From: Elusimicrobiota bacterium
GTDB taxonomy: Bacteria; Elusimicrobiota; Elusimicrobia; UBA1565
Assembly: GCA_043819795.1 (NCBI GenBank)
Contig: JBDREN010000216.1
Location: 1-44,953 of the forward strand
Length of the DNA stretch: 44,953 nucleotides
Direction: 5' to 3'
In this document: one piece after another, positions 28,896-38,931 of the stretch
Layout: each line of letters opens with the position of its first letter
How positions within the stretch are numbered: position 1 is the stretch's first letter
Position numbers and translations under genes: made by a program
The notes under the pieces: model-generated
What the model was told of the DNA's origin: nothing
Databases searched by the model: none
Seen by the model: only the letters and a program-made list of their open reading frames with translations

Positions 28896-30026
28896 TCATA
28901 CCATGGGGCCCGTGACGCTTTTCTTCGGCTCGAACAGGATCAGGGTGCGCCGCAGCTCCCCCTCCTCCTCGAGGTGGACGGCGCGCACGTGACAGGGCTC
29001 CTGCCGGAACATCGTGTCGGTCTCCACCACCTGGTTCGGGCGGTCGAGGGCCACCCCGACGAGCCGCAGGACGTCCTGTTGCTGACTGTCGATCACGTCG
29101 AGCAGGTGCAAGCGCGCGTTGGGATCCGCCGCCTGGGCCAGCGGGAAGTTGGTGTAGAGGACGGTGTTGTCCTCGTCCACGACGATGGCACGGTGGCTCC
29201 TGGAGACGATCGTCATCAGGATCGACTGCCACCAGCGCTGCTCGGCCACGCCGCGCTGCTTCTCCCTGGCCATGACGTTGGTGCGCTCGGCCTTGACCTT
29301 CTGAAGAAAGACGCCGAAGACCCCGGCCAGGTCCCCGATCTCGTCCTTGCGCGCGGGGAACTTCAGGTCCAGATTCTTGAAAGAGACGGCCTCGATGCTG
29401 TCGCGCAGGTGGTGCAGGGGGGAGATGATGAAATGGTGCAGGAAGAAGTACAGCGGGATGCCGAGCAGGAAGAGCACGCCGACCGCGCCCAGGGCGTACT
29501 TGTTCATCGCGCGGGCGATGACTTCGTTGACGCCCCGGCGGGACACCTGCATGTCCACGATGCCGACGACCTCCCCGCGCACGGCCAGCGGGATGGCCAC
29601 CTCGTAGAAAGGCTGGTCGGGAACGGCCCGGATCTTCGGGCTCTTCGAAACGAAGGCCTGCTCGACGGCGTTCGTCGGGACCGAGACGGCCTGATGGAAC
29701 TCGTCGAAAGACTTGCCGACCATCTGCGGGTCCTTGTACCAGCGCACCTCGCCGAAGCGGTTCAAGTAGACGACGGACGCGACCCGCTCGTCCTTCGCGA
29801 GCGCGTTGCTGAGGATCTCGAACTCGTCCATCGTGATGGCGTTCTGCTGATCGGTCAGCCCCCTGATCAGCTGGAACGCGTGCACCTTGACGAGGTCGAT
29901 CGACTGCTGCTTCAGCTTCTCGTCGAAGGTCCACTTGAAAAGGTTGTAGTAGAAGATGCCCCCGAGGAATATCACGTAGACCCCGATGCAGAGGTACCAA
30001 AGGGACCACTTCATGGCCAGCTTCAT
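28896..30026 (-). CDS. Membrane sensor: TM-periplasmic domain-TM-HAMP-PAS-like, no output domain
   Basis: Two TM helices, HAMP (SPLHHLRD..RKDEIGDLA..F) and PAS-like AIVVDEDNTVLYTN; ends without a kinase or cyclase domain. Confidence 0.78.
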   Translation of the reverse strand: MKLAMKWSLWYLCIGVYVIFLGGIFYYNLFKWTFDEKLKQQSIDLVKVHAFQLIRGLTDQQNAITMDEFEILSNALAKDERVASVVYLNRFGEVRWYKDPQMVGKSFDEFHQAVSVPTNAVEQAFVSKSPKIRAVPDQPFYEVAIPLAVRGEVVGIVDMQVSRRGVNEVIARAMNKYALGAVGVLFLLGIPLYFFLHHFIISPLHHLRDSIEAVSFKNLDLKFPARKDEIGDLAGVFGVFLQKVKAERTNVMAREKQRGVAEQRWWQSILMTIVSRSHRAIVVDEDNTVLYTNFPLAQAADPNARLHLLDVIDSQQQDVLRLVGVALDRPNQVVETDTMFRQEPCHVRAVHLEEEGELRRTLILFEPKKSVTGPMV

Positions 30027-30162
30027 GAAGCGCCCCCTAGCCAGCGCCGCAGGCTTGCCCTGCGGTGCTCAGTCCGCTGCGTTACCGGGAACTCCATCGC
30101 AAGAATGCCGCCGACCTTCCAGCGCCCGGGGCATGGACCCCAGCCAGACCGCGCGGGCGACA

Positions 30163-31562
30163 TCAGAGCCCGCCGCCGAACGTGCTGTCGAGACGCTGGA
30201 GCCCCTTCTGGCAGTCCTCGTTGGATGGGTCGAGGTGCTTGCAGCGGAGCCACTCGTCCCGCGCTTTCCGGTAGTCGCCCATCTGGTAGCCCTGCAGCCC
30301 CTGGGTCCAGTGGCCCAGCGCGCGGGACTTGTTCTCCGCGCTCGAGGACTGGGCCTCGGGCGCCGCCTCGGGGGGGTCGCGTCGAGCTGCCTCGCCCTCT
30401 CCGCCTGCTCGAGGGCTTCCTGCTCCCCCCGCTCGCGCTCCTCCCGCTCGGCCTTCTCCCTGGCCTCCAGCTCGGATTGGGCCTTGGCCTCGGCCCGGCG
30501 GCGGCGGGCCTCGGCCTCCTTGCGCATCTGGTTGCGCGCGCGGGAGATGAGGACGTTCGCCCGGCGCGGGTCGTAGCCGAACTCGACGGCTTTGCTCCAC
30601 TGCTTGATCGCGGAGGTGTACTTGCGCCTCTCGTAGAGCTTGCGTCCCTCCGCGACATGCTGCTTCGCGATCTCGAGACGGATCTCGGCGATGAGCTTCT
30701 GAGCCTTCTCCTCGCCCGGCTCGATCGCCAGAACCTCGTCGAGCAGCTTGAGCGAGTCCTCGGTGCGCCCCTCCCCGTAGAGACTGAGCGCCCGCTGGAG
30801 CTTTTCATTGGCCTCCTGCCTGCGCAGGCGGGCCTCCGCCTCGGAGATCACTCCGACGAGACGCGGGTACTTGGGGTGGAGCACGAGAGCCGCGTACCAC
30901 TGGTCGAGCGCGTCGCGCATCCGGTGCTGGCGGTAGGCCTTCTGGCCGCGCCGGAAGTGCTCGTCGGCCAGCTCGTGCCGGACCTTCTTGAGCCAGTACC
31001 GCGCCTTGAGGTTGCCCGGGGAGAGCTTCACGCACTCATCCCATCGCTGCGAGGCCTCCACGAGGCGGCCCTGCCGGTACAAGGCGATACCCTCCTCGAA
31101 ACGATCCGCGACGAGCTTCCGCTCGGAGACCAGCGGCTGCGAGCTGCCCTTAAGCTCGACGGCGGCCCGGTAGAGGATCGCCGCGTCCCGGAACTCGGGG
31201 TCCATGCTGAGGATCTTGCTCGTGAGCTCCCTCGCCCCGTCGAAATCGCCCTGGCGATAGAGCGAGTAGGCGTTCTCGTAGACCGTCCGCAGCAGCTTGC
31301 TCATGAGCTGCGACTTCTCGATCTGGATCGTGTAGAGGTACTTGTTGCGCCCCTCCCGCGAGCTGAGCGGACCGAGCTCGGTCTTCGACCAGTCGAGGAA
31401 GAGGCTTTCCAGCGTGGGCTTCTCGGCGGCCGCGTCCTTCCTCTCGGCGGAAGCGGAGCCCGCCAGGAGGAGAACGGCGGCCACGACAAACGTCAGGCCA
31501 CTCACAGGGCCCGGAGGGCCCAGTGCCGCGCGCCGTAAGGAGATGCTTTGGCGCGCTGGCAT
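30163..31562 (-). pseudogene. Exported TPR-repeat protein (possible TadD-like), frameshifted at a C7 tract near the 3' end
   Basis: Signal peptide, multiple TPRs and a coiled coil. The final TPR (ALGHWTQGLQGYQMGDYRKARDEWLRCKHLDPSNEDCQKGL) is in the frame of ORF 30163..30600; adding one base at 30370-30376 restores a 466-aa protein. Confidence 0.8.
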
Positions 31563-31565
31563 CGC

Positions 31566-32459
31566 CTAGAACCCCAGCCCTCCGCTCATGAACACGTTCT
31601 TCATCATCGGCGCCAGCATCAGGATGAATACGGTCGGGAATATGAACAGGAATATCGGGATCAGCATCTTCGTCGCGGCCTGGGCCGCGGCCTTCTCGGC
31701 GGCGTTGAGGCGCCTGAAGCGCATGTCGGTCGCGAAGTTGCGCAGCAGGTCCACGAGGCTCGTGCCGAGCTCGTCCGACTGGACGATCAGGCCGACGAAG
31801 GACCGGACCTCCTGGAGCCCGGTGCGCATCGCGAGACGGCGGAGGGCGTCGCGCCGCGAGTAGCCCAGCGAGATCTCGTTGCTCGTGCGATCGAACTCGA
31901 CCTCGAGCTCGGTGCGCTTGCGCGCCGCCGCGATGATGCGGTCGAAAGCCGCCATGTAGTCGAGACCGGCCTCTATCGTCAGCGCCGCGAGGTCGACGAG
32001 CGCCGGGAAGTTCCTGACGATCTCCCTCTGGCGCTCCTGGATCTTGCCGCTGAAATACATGTCGGGGAGGAAGAAAGCCAGCGGCGCGACTATCAGCGCG
32101 GCCTTGATGTCGCCGCTCAGATAGTACACTAGGCCGAAGGCGATCGCGCACGCGATCTCCTTCATGTGGAGGATGTTCCTGGGCGAAGGGTTCTGCGGCT
32201 TGCCCAGCAGCATGTGCGTCGTCTCGATCCGCCCTCCCTGCCTGCACCCGTGGACGAGAAAATGGTCGAGCCGGTCGATCAGCCCTCCGCGCGGGTTCAG
32301 CGACTCCCACGCGGAGACGTCGCCCGGACCCTTCGGCGCGAGGCGAGTGAGCGAGGACTCGTCCTCCTTCGGGGGCTGCACGAGCCGCAGGACGAACGTG
32401 AACGCGGCCACCGAGCCGCCTATACCGATTACGAGCAGAAGCACATGTCCCATATCCAT
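31566..32459 (-). CDS. tadC: Tad pilus inner-membrane platform protein TadC
   Basis: T2SSF-type domain (FPALVDLAALTIEAGL..QSDELGT..AEKAAAQAATKMLIPIFLFIFP), downstream of tadB. Confidence 0.92.
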   Translation of the reverse strand: MDMGHVLLLVIGIGGSVAAFTFVLRLVQPPKEDESSLTRLAPKGPGDVSAWESLNPRGGLIDRLDHFLVHGCRQGGRIETTHMLLGKPQNPSPRNILHMKEIACAIAFGLVYYLSGDIKAALIVAPLAFFLPDMYFSGKIQERQREIVRNFPALVDLAALTIEAGLDYMAAFDRIIAAARKRTELEVEFDRTSNEISLGYSRRDALRRLAMRTGLQEVRSFVGLIVQSDELGTSLVDLLRNFATDMRFRRLNAAEKAAAQAATKMLIPIFLFIFPTVFILMLAPMMKNVFMSGGLGF

Positions 32460-32463
32460 AGCG

Positions 32464-34020
32464 TCACACCTGTATGTCCGCCAGCTTTCGGACGATCCCC
32501 ATGCCGATCGTCATCCAGATCGCGCAGAAGAGGAGCGTCAGCACGCCGATCGGCGAGAAGTAGTAGTCCGCCATGACGTCGGGCTGGAACACCCACATCA
32601 TGATCAGCAAGGCCCAGGGCATGAAGCCCACGACGATCGATTGGATGCGCTGCTGCGCCGTCAAAGACTGGGCCTTCTCCTCGAGCTTGCTCTCCTCCCG
32701 GATGTTCTCGACGATGCGGTCGAAGATCTTCGTCATATTGCCGCCGACCGAGCGCTGGATGACGACGGCCTTGAGCATGTAGGACAGGAGCCGCGACTCG
32801 ATGCGGTCCTCCATCCCCGCCATAGCCTTCTCGAACGACGTGCCGAGCTGGTAGTTTTTCAGGACGAGCCCGAACTCCTCGGAGATGGGAGGCACGAGGT
32901 CCCGCTGCACGAGCTCGAAGCCCTGCACGATATCGAGGCCCGACTTCAGGGCGTTCGACATCAGGATCATCGCGTCCATCAGCTGGGCCTCGACGCGCTT
33001 GCCGCGCCGGAAACGCACGTATTGGAGCGCCCACTCCGGCAGCTTCATCCCCACGTAGATGCCGGCCGCGGTGAAGAGGAGCACCGCCCAGACGTTGAGA
33101 GTCAGGGCCCCCATCAACATGCCCAGGAGGGCAGGGCCGAATACCATGTACTGGACCTTCACTTTCATGAACTGCCGGTTGAACTCCTGGGCCCATTTCC
33201 TGCTCGACTCGATGCGCATGTCGATCTTCGAGCCGATCCACCGGGCGTTCAGAGCCCCCCAGCTCCAGGCCGCGACGAAGAGGAACACGACCCCGATGAT
33301 CTTATACAGCAGCGGCGCCGCCCGGCTGGTCTGCTGCTGCGGGGGCATCGGCGGCTCATAGCCGCGCGGCGCCCTGTGGAGTATGCGGTAGGATTGGCTC
33401 GTCAGGGCGCCGATGGACATGACGGACTGGACATACAGCTCGGGGTTCTGGCTGGTGAGCGCGTCGAGGATCGAGTTCATCTCGTCGAGGATGAGCTGGA
33501 ACGTCGAGATGACGGCGCGGCCTCGCCCTCCCAGCGAGTCGCCGAGCTTTGCCTTGTAGAGCCGGTCGAGCGCCATCTGGAAGCGCACGCGACTGTCCTC
33601 GTAGTCCTTGATCAGCGCGTAGGGCGGCTTAAGGCTCCCGTTGAACTCGGCGGGAAACGTCTTTCGCGTATGTTCGAAGAACTCGTAGAGCACCGACACG
33701 GGCGCCTGCCAGAGCTGGGCCTCGGTCAGGACCCCCTCGTCCGGGTCCCGCCAGACCGGCCGAGACAGCATGCCGGGGAGGACCTCGTCCACCCAGGCCG
33801 GCGCCTTGACGGCCTGGTCGCGCTGCTCCTTGAAGTAATGGTAGAAGAACTGGGCGTGCGCCTCGGCGCCGTTGTCCGGGTCGATGAGGGCGTGTATCTG
33901 CTGGCGCGTGAAGCCCTGCGCCTCCCCCGCGGACGCTCCCGCGGCGAGAAGAATCGCCAATAGGGCGAATCTCGCGGCCCAGCCCGCGAGACGCGCCTCG
34001 TCGCTGATCGTGTCGTTCAC
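32464..34020 (-). CDS. tadB: TadB with an additional N-terminal exported domain (518 aa)
   Basis: C-terminal TadB (QLMDAMILMSNALKSG..PPISEEF..GGNMTKIF). GTG 34020 overlaps the ATPase stop (GTGA) and opens a signal peptide (FALLAILLAAGASAGEA). Confidence 0.88.
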   Translation of the reverse strand: MNDTISDEARLAGWAARFALLAILLAAGASAGEAQGFTRQQIHALIDPDNGAEAHAQFFYHYFKEQRDQAVKAPAWVDEVLPGMLSRPVWRDPDEGVLTEAQLWQAPVSVLYEFFEHTRKTFPAEFNGSLKPPYALIKDYEDSRVRFQMALDRLYKAKLGDSLGGRGRAVISTFQLILDEMNSILDALTSQNPELYVQSVMSIGALTSQSYRILHRAPRGYEPPMPPQQQTSRAAPLLYKIIGVVFLFVAAWSWGALNARWIGSKIDMRIESSRKWAQEFNRQFMKVKVQYMVFGPALLGMLMGALTLNVWAVLLFTAAGIYVGMKLPEWALQYVRFRRGKRVEAQLMDAMILMSNALKSGLDIVQGFELVQRDLVPPISEEFGLVLKNYQLGTSFEKAMAGMEDRIESRLLSYMLKAVVIQRSVGGNMTKIFDRIVENIREESKLEEKAQSLTAQQRIQSIVVGFMPWALLIMMWVFQPDVMADYYFSPIGVLTLLFCAIWMTIGMGIVRKLADIQV

Positions 34021-36425
34021 TTTCCTGACCCCCTCATGTACTCGTCGGCCTGCGGATGCTTGTTGAACAAGGACAGCGGGACGTCGACGCCCGCGAGCTT
34101 GAACTCCCCGTAAAACTTGGGCGGCTTGCCGCAGCCGGAGAAGAACCCCAACGACTTCCCCTCCGGGTCCACGCCGGTCTGGCAGTACCGGAAGAGGTCG
34201 TTGCTCAGGACCGTGTTCCCGTCCCGTCCGGTCAGCTCGGTGATCCACGTGATGCGGCGCACGCCGTCGGCGAAGCGCGTCAACTGGACGACCATGTGCA
34301 CGGCCGACGACATCATCTCGCGCACGGCCCAGATCGGCAGCTCGGACGAGGCCATCATGCACATGGCCTCCATGCGGGTCAGCGCGTCGCGCGGGGAGTT
34401 GGCGTGGATCGTCGCGAGCGAGCCTTCGTGGCCGGTGTTCATCGCCTGAAGCATGTCGAGCGCCTCGGCGCCGCGGCACTCGCCGACCACGATCCGGTCC
34501 GGGCGCATGCGCAGGCAGTTCTTCACCAGGTCGCGGATCGTCACCTCGCCCTTGCCCTCGACGTTCGGCGGGCGGCTCTCCAGCCTCACCCAATGCTCCT
34601 GCTCCAGCCTCAGCTCGGCCGTGTCCTCGACGGTGATGATGCGCTCGTCCGGCGAGATGTAGTTGGAGAGCAGGTTCAGGAACGTGGTCTTCCCGGTGCC
34701 GGTGCCGCCGGAGATGATGACCGACTTCCTGACCTTGACGCAGTTCCCCAGGAACTCGAGCAGCTCGTGCGTGATCGAGCCCATCTTGATCAAGACGTCG
34801 CCGGTGAACGGCTTCTTGGCGAAGCGCCGGATCGTCAGCGACGGGCCGCTCACCGCCAGCGGCGGGATGATCGCGTTGACTCGCGAGCCGTCCTTCAGGC
34901 GGGCGTCGACGAGCGGGACCGACTCGTCGATGCGCCGGCCGACCGGCGCGACGATGCGCTTGATGACCTGAATGATCTGCTCCTCGTCCCGGAAGCGCAG
35001 GGGCGTGAGCACCAGCTTGCCCCTCTGCTCGATGAATACCTTGTCCGGGGCGTTCACCATGATCTCGTTGACCGTCTCGTCGCGCATGAGCTGCTCAAGC
35101 GGCCCCAGGCCCAGGATCTCGTCGATGAGCTCCTCGACGAAGCGCGATCGCATGTCGCGCGAAAGAGGGAGGTTCGTCTCCTTCTGCAGCAGGTTCTCGA
35201 TGATGGAGGCGACGTTCTTGCGTATCTCCTCGTTGCCTTTCGCGTCGTCCCCGATGCGGATCCGCTCGGTCTCCATCGCCGCGACGACGTTCTTGTGCAT
35301 CTTGCCCTTGAGCTCGTCCCAGAACTCGGGGACATCGCCCCGCTTGGTCAAGGTGCGGACCTCGGAGCCGCCGGATCCGCCCGCGGCCGACCCCCGGCCC
35401 CCGTCGGCGGGCTGCCACCCGATGTCGACCCCGCCCGCGAACGCGCCCTGGCTGACGGCCGCGCGCCAGTCCTTCGCGGCGGGCTTCGCCTCCATCACGC
35501 AGCCCAGCAGCGGCCTCAGGGCCTTGACCCAGTCCGAGTGGGGCTGCTCGATGACGAGCACGCGCGCGGTGTTCGCGAACTCGGGCAGGAGGTCCTCCCA
35601 GGGCATGTACGTGAGCACGCCCTTGTTCATGGCCTGGAAGAACCGCTCCACCTCCTTCGGGGCGAGCGCTCCGGGAAGGTTTCCCTCGTTGATGACGATC
35701 TGGAAGCGCTCCAGCGGGAAGTGCAGGCCCTTCAGCTCCTGGAAGGTGTTGAAAGTCGCCTCGAAGTGGGCCCGCTGGGGCAGGCAGGCCCAGAATATGA
35801 CGTCCGCGAGGTCGAACGAGAACACCTGCATCGGGAAAAAGGGGTCGACGTCGAGGAAGAGGTCGTAGGCCTGGTTCAGGCTCTCCAGGATGGGGACCAC
35901 GATCTGCGGCGAAAGCTGCAGCGCGTCGGTGCGCTTAGCGCCCAGGGGGAGCACGCCGACCCCCCACTGCGAGATGGGGACCCGGCCCTTCAGGAGCTTC
36001 GCGAGGGCCGAGACCTCCTTGCCGACGAACTGGCTCAGGCTCGCCAGAGTCGGCGGCTGCAGTCCCAGCATGAAGGAGAGCTCGTTGCGGCAGAGCGGGT
36101 CCAGGTGGACGATGATGACGTTACGGCTCTGCGTGCCGGCCCACGCCAGCGCGAGGTTGAGAGCGATCGTCGTCTTCCCCACGCCCTCCTTCGGCCCCGA
36201 AAAGACGATGACCCGGCCGGGCGGGCGCGTGCGCGAGGCGGCGGTCTGGGTGGCCGGCAGCCTCGACGGCGCCTGGGTGACGGGCGGGGCCGAGGCGGGC
36301 GGCGCGACGGGCTGGAAGCCCGGAGCCTGGCCCGGAGGGGCGGCGCCGGGACTGGGCGCCTGCCTCGGCTTGGGGGCCAAGCCGGGCGGGAGGAAGATGC
36401 CCGGGACCTGCCTTTTTTCGGCCAT
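34017..36425 (-). CDS. tadA: TadZ/CpaE-TadA/CpaF fusion ATPase
   Basis: N-terminal MinD/ParA-type P-loop [11 protein letters not shown]-terminal CpaF ([66 protein letters not shown]). Confidence 0.93.
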   Translation of the reverse strand: MAEKRQVPGIFLPPGLAPKPRQAPSPGAAPPGQAPGFQPVAPPASAPPVTQAPSRLPATQTAASRTRPPGRVIVFSGPKEGVGKTTIALNLALAWAGTQSRNVIIVHLDPLCRNELSFMLGLQPPTLASLSQFVGKEVSALAKLLKGRVPISQWGVGVLPLGAKRTDALQLSPQIVVPILESLNQAYDLFLDVDPFFPMQVFSFDLADVIFWACLPQRAHFEATFNTFQELKGLHFPLERFQIVINEGNLPGALAPKEVERFFQAMNKGVLTYMPWEDLLPEFANTARVLVIEQPHSDWVKALRPLLGCVMEAKPAAKDWRAAVSQGAFAGGVDIGWQPADGGRGSAAGGSGGSEVRTLTKRGDVPEFWDELKGKMHKNVVAAMETERIRIGDDAKGNEEIRKNVASIIENLLQKETNLPLSRDMRSRFVEELIDEILGLGPLEQLMRDETVNEIMVNAPDKVFIEQRGKLVLTPLRFRDEEQIIQVIKRIVAPVGRRIDESVPLVDARLKDGSRVNAIIPPLAVSGPSLTIRRFAKKPFTGDVLIKMGSITHELLEFLGNCVKVRKSVIISGGTGTGKTTFLNLLSNYISPDERIITVEDTAELRLEQEHWVRLESRPPNVEGKGEVTIRDLVKNCLRMRPDRIVVGECRGAEALDMLQAMNTGHEGSLATIHANSPRDALTRMEAMCMMASSELPIWAVREMMSSAVHMVVQLTRFADGVRRITWITELTGRDGNTVLSNDLFRYCQTGVDPEGKSLGFFSGCGKPPKFYGEFKLAGVDVPLSLFNKHPQADEYMRGSGK

Positions 36426-36430
36426 AGCGG

Positions 36431-37210
36431 CTACTTGACGATCTCGAAGGTGACGAACAGGAACAGGGACTTCTGCTCTTCGATGGTGCTCGTGGTCGTG
36501 AACAGCGCGCCCAGCAGCGGGATGTGCCCCAGCAGCGGCACGCGCGTCTTCGTTATGTTCTTGGAACTCTGCTTGAGCCCGCCGATGACGATCGTCTCCT
36601 CGTTCTTGATCTCCACCTCCGTCTGGATCTGCCGCGTCACGATCGAGGGCACCGTGGTGTTCCCCACCGTGACCGGCTTCGAGAAATCCGGGTTCGACAC
36701 CTCCAGCTGAAGCTGGGCGTTGATGTAGTCCTTCTTGTTCGGGTTCACCACCGGGAGGATGTTCAGGATGACCCCGAACTTCTTGAACTCCACGCCGACG
36801 CCCTGGTTGTTCGTGACCGGGAAGGGCTGGTCGCCGCCCACCACGAAGTTCGCCTGCGTGGCGTTCTTCGTGATGAGCTTGGGGTTCGAGAGGAGCTGCG
36901 CCTTGCCTTCCGTCTCGAGCAGCTTGAGCGACGCCTGCAGCTGCGTCAGCCGTTCGAAATCCCCGACCCTGATAATGCCCGGGATCGGCGACTTCTCCGC
37001 GAAGTTGATCCCGGTAGTGAAGGGCGCCCAGTTGAACCCCATGTCCTTAGAGACCGACCCGCTGATCTCCACGATGTCCGCGCTGACGGCGATCATCACC
37101 TCCGACTGGTCGAACTCTTCCTCTTCCTCCTGCGCCCAACCCGTAGCCGGCGGCCCCAGGACCAGAGCCGCCGCCGCGGCGATCTTAGCTATCCGCTGTT
37201 GCCATCTCAT
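36431..37210 (-). CDS. rcpA: Tad secretin RcpA/CpaC, reduced to the secretin core
   Basis: LLSNPKL..ANFVVGG..P, EFKKFGVIL, VIGGL, VPLLGHIPLLGALF; signal peptide; only 259 aa. Confidence 0.85.
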   Translation of the reverse strand: MRWQQRIAKIAAAAALVLGPPATGWAQEEEEEFDQSEVMIAVSADIVEISGSVSKDMGFNWAPFTTGINFAEKSPIPGIIRVGDFERLTQLQASLKLLETEGKAQLLSNPKLITKNATQANFVVGGDQPFPVTNNQGVGVEFKKFGVILNILPVVNPNKKDYINAQLQLEVSNPDFSKPVTVGNTTVPSIVTRQIQTEVEIKNEETIVIGGLKQSSKNITKTRVPLLGHIPLLGALFTTTSTIEEQKSLFLFVTFEIVK

Positions 37211-37252
37211 GATGTCCCACCGTTGCCGTCCCTCGGCGCGCGTTCTTCGGCG

Positions 37253-38008
37253 TTAACGGAAAAGCTTCCTGAAGCTAGCCATCTCCATCGGGTGCATCTC
37301 GATGTCCCCGAGGCCCCTCAGGATCACGACGGTCTCTCCCTGCTTCATCGCCAGCGCGAGGTACTGGGCCTCGTTCGGGTTCAGCGCCACGCTCAGGTTC
37401 CCCTTCTCGGCGAACGCGGCCGCCTGCCGGTCGCCTTTCGAATTGTCGCCGAACTGCGCCGCCGTGAGGCCCTGGCCCAGGTTGCTGCCGACCCCCAGCA
37501 CCAGCACGTTCTGCAGGATCGTCGCCGTCACCTTTTCCTTGCGGTTGTCGGACATCAGGGCGTCGAAGGTGACCAGCACGTCGATCCGGTCCCCCGGCTT
37601 GATCAGCTTCAGCAGGTCGCTCTCGACGGGCACGACGGCGCCGCGATATCCCGGCGGGATCTTGACGCTGAGCCCCGACGTCGGCGACAGCGATGTCAAC
37701 GCCGACTGGGTGATCTGATTTCCCTTCGGGACGCGCACCCGCGTCACGAGGTTCGCGATCTGCTTGATGTCCGACGCGACCTTGATCTCGATGGCGTCCT
37801 GCGCCATGAACTTCCTAGGGACCGCCTTCGTCGCGACCAAGTCCTCCTTGAGCAGGGTCCGCTCCGGCATGTCCACGCGAGCGACGAGGACCGTCGCGTT
37901 CTCGTAGGAGCGCGACAACTGCTTCTCTCGGCTCGTCAGGACCATCAGATAGACGACAGCGGCTCCCACCGCAAGGATCAGGGGGATCAACACACCTTTC
38001 TTCTCCAT
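37253..38008 (-). CDS. cpaB: Flp pilus assembly protein CpaB/RcpC
   Basis: N-terminal TM, SAF-like VLVARVDMPERT, IPPGYRG, IKPGDRIDVL, ILQNVLVLGVG. Confidence 0.92.
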   Translation of the reverse strand: MEKKGVLIPLILAVGAAVVYLMVLTSREKQLSRSYENATVLVARVDMPERTLLKEDLVATKAVPRKFMAQDAIEIKVASDIKQIANLVTRVRVPKGNQITQSALTSLSPTSGLSVKIPPGYRGAVVPVESDLLKLIKPGDRIDVLVTFDALMSDNRKEKVTATILQNVLVLGVGSNLGQGLTAAQFGDNSKGDRQAAAFAEKGNLSVALNPNEAQYLALAMKQGETVVILRGLGDIEMHPMEMASFRKLFR

Positions 38009-38042
38009 GGAGTCCTCTCTCTTTCCCTCTGTCCTTCCAGCC

Positions 38043-38582
38043 TTATTTGAACAACGGGCGCTCGATCGGCATCCGCACCGCGGCCGTAAGCAGCCGCGCT
38101 TGGCGGTCCTCCTTGGACCCCAGCATCAATCCGGTCATCGGGAAGATCATCGTCACCCGTTGCGTCATCGTGACCACCACGTCGTAATGCGGGCAGCCCT
38201 CCTGCGGATCGGTCAGCGTCTCCTCCGGCTCCGCCGCGACCGAGGCGTTCGTCAGTATCGCGTTGCCGACCTCCCGCATCTTGTCTCCCTGCAGCACGGG
38301 CGGGGGGCAACCCGGCGCCCCGACGGCGATGGCCGACAGCGAGCCGATCCGCGCCACCTCGTAGGCGGCGTGGTGCAGAAGGATCGTCCGGAAGGCCAGG
38401 TGTCCGATCTCCATGACGGTGAAGACCACCATCAGGAACACCGGAAGCATCACCAGGACCTCGATGAGCACCTGGCCACGCCGCGCCGACAACGGCTTCG
38501 GCGCAGCCGTGCTCGCGTGCCGTTTGCGAGCGCCCTTTAAGGACGGCCTCGCCCCCGAAAGTCCCGGACCTGACCGAACCAT
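38043..38582 (-). CDS. tadE: TadE-like pseudopilin
   Basis: Class III signal RRG|QVLIEVLVMLPVFL and AAYEVARIG; two Cys in the C-terminal part. Confidence 0.85.
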   Translation of the reverse strand: MVRSGPGLSGARPSLKGARKRHASTAAPKPLSARRGQVLIEVLVMLPVFLMVVFTVMEIGHLAFRTILLHHAAYEVARIGSLSAIAVGAPGCPPPVLQGDKMREVGNAILTNASVAAEPEETLTDPQEGCPHYDVVVTMTQRVTMIFPMTGLMLGSKEDRQARLLTAAVRMPIERPLFK

Positions 38583-38650
38583 CCCCGTCCGCCTCCCGCC
38601 CCGTACAGGGCAGCCCAGCCCGCGGCCGTGCCGGCGGGCCCGGCCGAGAA

Positions 38651-38872
38651 CTACTGCGACCCGACGCTCGATGCGGCTCCCGAGATCATCCCCATGATCT
38701 GATTGAAGATGCCGCTGATCTGGGGCTTGAACATCTTGCCGATGACGAGGATGACGCCGACGATGACCGCAAGCATCATCAGGTACTCCACCGTATTCTG
38801 ACCTTTCTCGCTGCGCACCGCCGCCTCGAGTCCGATCAGCTTCTCGTTGATCCGGTCTACGAGCTTCCGCAT
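38651..38872 (-). CDS. flp: Flp pilin
   Basis: EKG|QNTVEYLMMLAVIV Flp motif (E+5, Y+6); AGGAGG SD before ATG 38872; 73 aa. Confidence 0.88.
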   Translation of the reverse strand: MRKLVDRINEKLIGLEAAVRSEKGQNTVEYLMMLAVIVGVILVIGKMFKPQISGIFNQIMGMISGAASSVGSQ

Positions 38873-38931
38873 GCCTACCTCCTCTTCATTCTGTCGCGGC
38901 CCCTTCTCGGAGCGCGACACATCGTTACCAC

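Noticed and set aside
30043..30069. Hairpin AGCGCCGCAGG/CCTGCGGTGCT before the HAMP-PAS gene
   Set aside because: No U-tract, and such stems are common at this GC content; function unsupported.
30069..30369. C-terminal tail of the 497-aa TPR ORF as given in the track
   Set aside because: Low-complexity product of the frameshift; the alternative frame encodes a proper TPR.
34021..34593. N-terminal extension of the 709-aa TadB ORF
   Set aside because: Overlaps the ATPase gene out of frame and reads as Arg-rich junk; GTG 34020 gives a GTGA overlap and a signal peptide.
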